From positions 33,284,213 to 33,348,212 of the forward strand of contig OZ234493.1 in assembly GCA_965153455.1 (NCBI GenBank): 64,000 nucleotides of DNA. The letters are read 5' to 3'. The DNA is from Sphagnum compactum (lineage: Eukaryota). The translations under genes and the position numbers were made by a program. Under the pieces are notes generated by a model. The model saw only the letters and a list, made by a program, of their open reading frames with translations, did no database searches and was not told the DNA's origin. Shown here in pieces: positions 56,694 through 64,000 of this stretch; position 1 is the first letter of the stretch; every line of letters begins with the position of its first letter.

Positions 56694-58377
56694 TCAGGTG
56701 CCCAGATATGACAAGCAAGATGCATATGTGATGGCAATCAAATTATTGGACCAAAAATCTTTTTGTGGCCACTCAAACACCACAGATCTTGTCAGCACAA
56801 TGGCATTATAGAGACCATGAATTACCAACGAGGTAGCCAAATTTCCTGTCCATGTGTATGCTAGACCTAGAACACAACCAATTATGAATAATGATGGTAA
56901 CCCTGAGGCCCCCAAATAGCTTATGGCAAACACAAGACAACTGATGATGATTGCAAAAGGCCATCTGATGTGAGAGGCAAGTGAAGCCAGCAGAAAGCCT
57001 CTGTACACATACTCTTCTATGACAGGTGTTATGACACAAAATGCAAGATAAGTAGCTGAGCATGCAACAGGGGTACTGGTGACGAGACCTGTGAGAGCTG
57101 AAGGAGCCTCCTTAACCTGCAACAAGGAGAGATCCATGCCTTAAGCTTCAACATTGATCAATCTACCAACTTAGTATCCTACATTTACAGGCAATAAACC
57201 CACCATACCTGTGGAGGTGAGAGATACTGGGTGATGCTTGCTGAAGCTATCACAATCAACAGCACCACCAGGATCCCAAGAGCTGAAGCAGGAATCCAAC
57301 CCCTATCCTGGAATGCTTTTGAGAAGCTCACATTGAAGAGCTCAAACTGAGGCTTAAATGGCTATAGTGTGGATTTGATGAGCCATGCTGTGCCAGCCAA
57401 TTCCATCAGTTGTAAGACCACTCGTGACATTGCCTGGACCACAGCCACCACACATTGAAGAATCCACACACAATTGCTCTACAAAGAAGTTCTTAAGTAA
57501 ACAGCTTTTTTACTATATGCTCGCCTTTGCTTGCAAGTAAAGCCTGTATTTCATAGTGCTACAGTCCTCAAGTGAAGCTCTTCCAGCAAGCAGATCACAC
57601 AACAAATTAGGTCACTGAAGAGCAAACGGATTAAACCTCGAATTGTGGGTCTGATACATGTTGAGGGAAAAGATTGGCTACAATGGCCAGGCCTCCCAGA
57701 CGAAGGGGCATGTGAAATCCACCCCAAGAGATTACCATTGTGGATATCACTAAGCCATTGCCCCATGAAACTGGCGATGGGAGCCTCGAAAAGGGCTCCG
57801 CTGCCTATATCACAAATCCACCAGTTTCTTGAATTCAGATCCACCATCATCATCGACTGAGACCAAGTCCAAAAGCAACGAGAGCTACAGTAGTGCAAAG
57901 CAACAGCACGTTGTGTTGAGCTAGCTTGAAAATCACAGAAGTTGGAAGTCGAGAGAGAGAGAGTGGAACTCTCGATTCAGAAAATTGTCCATTTACCTTT
58001 GAGTTCCCTGCTCCGGATTCTTCAACAGGAACTGTAGCAGGTAACCCTCCCGTGGATGCGTCTTGATCCACACTCGTTGCCGTCGTTTGCTCTGGCTCTG
58101 GATTCACCTGACAGCAATGGTACATCAGCAATGATTTTCTGAAAGAGGATGCAAGAAATGTAGGCCCCTTTCTTGACTCCTGTTGGTGCTGCTCCTGTCT
58201 CCGAAACCCTAGATTACCAGAAGGGACCAAAAACGATGATGTGAAGTTGCGAGACACGAGGAATCCAACACGAAAGACTTCTTTGAATCTCTTCGATTTG
58301 AAAGGGAAGAGAAGGGCGGGCGGTAGCGAAACACCCACTGCTGCCGCAGCAGCAGCAGCAACTGCGCTCCTTCTCAT
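56694..58377 (-). pseudogene. CAAX amino-terminal protease (CPBP/Abi) family gene, probably plastid-targeted, with an in-frame TAG in exon 3; exons 58377-57997, 57804-57637, 57433-57209, 57116-56694
   Basis: Transit-peptide-like N-terminus; FHMPLRLGGLAIVA...DPQ; motif 1 TPVIEEYVYRGFLL; motif 3 HGLYN. All junctions are phase-0 GT-AG. Codon 24 of exon 3 is TAG (plus-strand cta at 57362-57364), and motif 2 FxxxH reads FAISY. Confidence 0.8.
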
Positions 58378-59041
58378 GGTGATCCTCCACCTGCCGGTAG
58401 ATTTGTTGCCAAACTTCCTCAACAAGCTTCACCTTGACCAAGCGGACACCACAGAGCAGCCCTTCCCAAGGTGATTGCTCTCCAATTTCTTCTTCTTCGT
58501 CTTATTCGGCGGCAATGGTGGATTACATCATGAAGGACATTGCTGTCTACAACTCTTGGAAATCCACACAACACTTGCAGTATGGCCATGAGGTTTCTTT
58601 AAGGGTTTTTGATCGATGATGGGGGTTCGGCCAGGAGTGAGAGCTGTGGTCCTAAACAAGCCGCAGTTGGTACCTACCTCCAATGAAGCATGGTAATGTG
58701 TTATTTGCTTGTTTGCTGACTACAGTAACACCAGAACTGAATCCCCATATCAAGGAAAACATAAAGACACCAAAGACAATCAAATTTCATACCTCTACAG
58801 AAGCGAAGAACCCCAAGAACCTCAAGAACCTCTGGAACCTCTGTAGAAGTTTGTGGATATGGCTGAACACATATCATAGGAAGGTCACTTACTGACATGT
58901 GCTACAACAGAATGCTCTTCTGCAGCTTCAGTATCTTATGCTTCTTGCTTCTGCAACTGCGCAACAGAAGTAAGCAATGTCAGTAGGACCTCTGGGTCCA
59001 AAAAAATGACAACAAATTGTTTCAATTCATGCTCTATGTTT

Positions 59042-59809
59042 CCAACTTTCGTCAAATACTTGGCTCCCTTCAATATATATTCTTCTAAAAGGAATCGTCA
59101 TATCTGGTGAGAAGTCTTTGGACATGTTGATGATGACAAACCAAAACCATAAATGAAAGAACATATTAGACAATTGGATTTACAAATGTCAAGCATGTTT
59201 AAATTTACATGAGGAGCTTCAAAACAGTCAAAAAGATGATTGATACTCACATTAATGTTGACAAGCATATTGCTTAATTTGCAAGAAATTCCATGTTGCT
59301 TCATGTAGCAACATGGAAATTTTCTTCAGAAAGGTGTAAATATGACATGTCCAAGTGGCAAATAATGGTTAGTAAAATGTGGGTGGCGTGCCCATTTTCA
59401 GGATTCTAAGGGTTATTTTACAACTGGATGGACTACATTTGCAGTTGATAATGAGCTCAAGGTTGACAACAAGCTCCTCTTCCCAATCACCTCACCATCT
59501 AGGATCATTGTGAAAGTTCTTGGGACGGTAGAGGCGATGTTGAATGCTGATGACAAGGCTGATGAAGATGATTATGAGAATGACATTGAAGAGGAAGATA
59601 TTATAGATGATGAAGACTGCAAGGAGAAGGATGAAGAGGACAAGGATGAGGATGATGATGATGACAAGGTGGTCAGGCTAGTAAGTAAAAATGAAGAACA
59701 CTCTTATCAAGATGACGATTCCATGGTGTTAGTTAGTTCTAACAAAAATGAAGATGATGAAAAATTACCCAAGAGCCAAACCCCATGGTTACATCAACAC
59801 ATCAGCTGA
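59042..59809 (+). pseudogene. B3-domain (REM-like) transcription factor pseudogene with an acidic tail
   Basis: PTFVKYL...[intron]...EIPCCFM*QHGNFLQKGVNMTCPSGK*WLVKCG...GYFTTGWTTFAVDNELKVDNKLLF...IVKVLG, then a D/E-rich stretch. Stops at 59306-59308 and 59363-59365; damaged splice acceptor near 59284. Confidence 0.85.
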
Positions 59810-60013
59810 AAAAGTATTTCAAAACTCGATGGTTGCAACCAAATCTATGAATTACAATACAAGTGCCATTCAAACCCAGCTTAGCAAGTTATGAAACTAA
59901 ATTAAAATGTCTTGTGTTGCCAATGTCATCAATGTTTTGCTGCAGATATACTAAAAATAACAACATTAAAATGTCTGTTGAAGAGGTGGTAATAATGAAC
60001 AAGGGTTTTCTTT

Positions 60014-63000
60014 TCATCGAATAATGGGTGTCACATGGATTTGGTAGCCATTTTTTAGCTTTAGGAAGACATATGGAGCCAATGAGAAGTCCTTGTCTAC
60101 ACTTTCCCACCTGCAACAAATTGTTGGCAAACCAATATCAATTTTGAAGAATAATTCTTGTTCTAGTTCCCTTGATGAGAAAGAATGAAGTCAAATTACA
60201 CCTTCTTAGTTCTATCTTTAAGCTTGTTACCATGAGTATTAAGGATTGATTATCAGCATTGAAGCACATAAAAGCACCCAAAATACTATCATGAAAAATT
60301 TTCAAAAGCGAAATTTGCATGGAATTCTTCAAACTTGGCACATGATGCAAATACTTTGTAGTTTATGCAAATTATAATGGAGAAGGTGAAGTGCTACCTA
60401 TATTTGGTCACCAGAAAATGGACAAAGAGAGAAATCTCTAGCTTGGCCAAGTTCATGCCCAAGCACAACCGAGGCCCAGCACCAAATGCTACAAAAGAGA
60501 ACGGCTTTACAGGCTCCTGTAGAATCATTACAACAACAAAGAAAATTGAATCAATGTAAAATCAAGAGATGTGGCCACCTAATCTAGAGTTGACCCTAAA
60601 ACCTAAACCTAACACATCTACTTCACATATGTTGACACATTTTTTGTAAATAGAGAGAAGTTGGGCAATCTGAGCATATATTGATCAAAAGTGGGAATGT
60701 TGCACAAGCCAACCATCTAGAGAGAGGCTTTTTCCTTCTTATGACCCACAATGTTCTTTTAGGCTTGGACACCACTCACCTCAAACCGAGAGGGTTGAAA
60801 CTCCAACGGGTCTTTGAAAAGGGCTGGATCATGATGTCCAGCACGCAAATCCATAAACACCTTCCACCCCTTCTTCACCCGGAATCCTATCAATGAATTC
60901 CAACAACTTCATGACATGCTATATACATAGGACCATACTTGCCAATCCATGTCAAATATGAAAGCAAGTTTTGGAGACAAAAAAACAAAGCACATGTCAA
61001 AGGACAAAAGAAAAATGCACCATTGATGTCTATGTCATTGTTGGCTTCTCTTGGGAGCCACTGCATGAAACTTGACAACCTTAGGGTCTCACTCAGTACC
61101 TGCATTCAGAGCAACCCATCCCAAATTCACTCGACTTACTATCCATTTTTACAAATGTTTTTTGCAAATTTGGACATGCAAAAGAGTCTCTAGCTAAAAG
61201 AGTTTCAAAAGGTCAACGTGCCACCACCAGTATGAAAAGTGTCAAGGTGCTTTTTGAACACTGTTGCTATTTGGCCTTCTTTCTCAAAAGATTCATCTCT
61301 GCATCCTGGCTACAAACAAGCATGGAACTGCAAAAAAAAATCTTCTGCAGAAAACATAAGGAAGGTGGCTACTAGCAAATTCCAAACCTTCAAGGTGTAT
61401 GGCATGCTATTGGCTTCCTCCCATGTCAACAATGCATGTGGGTTTACTTTCTTTCGTAGAATCTCCTCATGTTCCTCCTAAGCACAAGTTGTTGGATGCA
61501 CAACAGGTGGACACAAACTTAGACAAGGATCCCTTATTATACATACACCCCAAAACTAAACAAAACAATACCACCAAAAAATAAAATCCTTCAGTCAAAG
61601 CTGCCTGGAAAATGGGGTAGAAACCATAAGATCAAAGCTCACTCGCAATGTCTCTTGCACCAAAGGATTGTCCTCCAAGTACTTAAGAAGCCACATGATT
61701 GTGATGGAAGATGTTTCATGACCAGCAAACATCATGAGAACCAGGTTGTCCAAAAGCTGCAAATCTGATTGCTTTTCAGCCTCATTCTGTAATGCTTCAC
61801 AGTCTACAAGGTGTTGGATGAAGTCATCATGCTTCTCGTGACCACTTCGCCTTCGTTCCACAACTTGCAACAGCGTCTTGCACATGCACTCATGAGCCTG
61901 GCAACAGCTATTAAAATTCATTGATCAGTCTCCTTGGCAAAACCATAGACCTCTAAACTAAACCTTGCACATTTATCACATGTTGCCATGATCAATATGT
62001 TGGCAATGCCAAAAACCATGAACACTGAATCCCCATGAACCACTCAAATGTTGCTTTTGGTAAAACCTCAATTCTGATCCTGGCACTAGCACCAAAAATT
62101 GCTCTGCCAATCTGCACACTAAAACTGTAGTCCATCATCCCAATGAGATCATAAAAAGATTGCTAAACAAAATCCTCTTGAGGTTTGCATCTTGCAAATC
62201 TGGGCATTACAGGTTTATTGTGAATGTAGAGAGAGGCACCTTGATAGCACGGTAGTATCGGCCTCTGAGCCACATGAAAGGGATGCTTGCAATACCATCC
62301 ATGAGGTACATGAAATTGGCTTTGATGCACTCAAAGTCAGGGTCGCCAGGTTTCCAGCTCGTCATCATGTACACAATGTTGTCCAATGCATACTGAGCAT
62401 CACAAAATTGCAGCCAAATCATTTTAGTCTAATGACAATTGATGCATAATCCTAGCAGATGAAAGATGCTGTCAGACATGTTGTTAGAGTGTAACCCACA
62501 TTCCTTCCATGCTTACAACCTGAGTAGAAATTGAGAGATGATCAATAACAATGATAGAGATTTGAGATTCCCACAACCAACAACATATCAGTGAGCAGGG
62601 AAAAAGAGGAGACAACAGACCCCAAGAACTAAAAAACTCACAGAAACACAATTCAGGAATGAATTGAGCAAAAGATGGCAAATGGACAGTCACATGCAGT
62701 TGCTGGTTCCAGTGACCCACATGTGGGATTGCAATATTCATGAGGTAAATTAGCCACAAAGAGAATCCAGAAAAAACAATGCACAACATGAACAACCAGC
62801 AGACCATAGGGGTGACCGGAGAAAGACATTTACATCTGCTGCTTCATCAATGACACACACGGTACGTCCCTCCCATTTGCTCAAATTGTTGATGGCAGTT
62901 TCCTGAAACTTGGTGAAATTCCTGCGCAATCCATCCATGGAAAGAGGCTCACCAAACTGCTTCCGCATCTTTCTATGCAGCTCTTCATCAGCAAAGAACA

Positions 63001-63828
63001 TGGAATTTTCTCCAAGGATCCTTGCTGTGGACTTGAATTGCTGCACTCACCCCCTCACATCCCATCATGATGAATCACATTCCCACAATCCATGAAAAAT
63101 GGGCGATGAATCCAGAGTGCAAGGCAAAGAGAGCTATCTGATGCAGCCACAAGAACAAGACTGCTTCTTCTTCTGTTTGCTGCACAGAGTGTTGCAATGG
63201 ATCCAGAAGGGGAAGGAGAATTCTAAGCCTGCTGGAGGTTCAAAATACACATCTGGTCCGAGATACTGCAGAAAGAAAAACAAAACTCGGTAGTAGACCC
63301 AAAGGCCCGCGCACGCACGCACACACGCTACCTTGTAGGTGAAGAGTGTATGCTCGCCCAGCATGACTGTCTTGAATGCCTGAGGTCCGTGAAAGAACAC
63401 ACCCGTCATGCCGATGATGTTTGTCCTCCACACAGGTCCGTATCTGCTAAGGCGCAACATGCAACAAAATCGTGAAGAATCCTAAACCCCACCCACAAAG
63501 TTGTTTCCTGCAATCTCTGGAACTCTCGGACCTTCACAGATTTGTGGGTGGGGTACCTGGCATATCGCTTGGCGAGAAAACCGTAAAGTCCTTGCGGATG
63601 GTTCTTCACATCAGACAAGAAAGAAAACGTCTCGCCAATGATCGGCCAACCAAGGCTTCCAGGCGGCAATTTGGTGCTTGTAAGCCTCGTACCATCGACG
63701 ACTCCAGCAGCAGCAGCTCCTCGAGCTTGTTGCCATTTCGTCAACAGAACCCAAAGTGCCAGGAACCCCGCCAACGCAGCCAACAAAGTAATTGGGACAT
63801 CATTCTCCGCAAAACCCATTACCTGCAT
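60014..63828 (-). CDS. Cytochrome P450, CYP85 clan, CYP722-like, 496 aa (alternative start 63819); exons 63828-63557, 63443-63332, 63040-62834, 62392-62240, 61897-61643, 61477-61388, 61099-61021, 60886-60780, 60516-60398, 60110-60014
   Basis: Membrane anchor, LPPGSLGWPIIGET, I-helix AGHETS, K-helix ETLR, PSRF, heme motif FGAGPRLCLG. Ten GT-AG exons give 1491 nt with no internal stop. Confidence 0.95.
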
Positions 63829-64000
63829 TTCCTTCAACAATCTCCCCGCAGCTCTATACCTCTTCTGTTTTGTCTCCAAAACTCTCAAGCTTCCAAAACA
63901 TCATGAACCCGGGAACCTGATCATATCTACCCCAGTTCCGCGGATCTGCAGGCAACCTATTGTGGTCAGATCACAGAATCCATGCACAAATCATGGAACT

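Noticed and set aside
59289..59318. Perfect 12-bp hairpin ttccatgttgct-tcatgt-agcaacatggaa
   Set aside because: It lies in frame inside the B3 coding relic, is too short for a miRNA precursor and is probably coincidental.

Overview
AT-rich eukaryotic nuclear DNA from a land plant. A bryophyte, probably Sphagnum-like, is inferred from intron style, gene content and repeat character, not proven. Bases 1-49 kb are mostly decayed and nested transposons and tandem repeats around one intact single-exon gene, a classical GPI-anchored arabinogalactan protein. These include two PIF/Harbinger transposase relics, non-autonomous Helitrons, a 154-bp CACTA element with a perfect TSD, a ~7-kb TIR element carrying a hairpin array, and a nitrilase fragment. 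Bases 49.6-64 kb are gene-dense: intact RPL7 (6 exons), intact RPL10 (4 exons), three decaying genes in a row (5'-truncated DUF3755, a CAAX/CPBP protease with an in-frame TAG, a B3-domain pseudogene), and an intact 10-exon CYP85-clan P450 resembling CYP722. The best candidates for something new are: (i) a possible splice-site switch coupled to NMD in the last RPL10 intron; (ii) the ~23-unit palindromic array inside the TIR element; (iii) a diverged inverted duplication that could form hairpin RNA; (iv) the CYP722-like enzyme. No rRNA, bona fide tRNA or CRISPR array was found. All exon models were read by hand from GT/AG sites and reading-frame continuity. Family calls rest on recognised motifs, not database searches.
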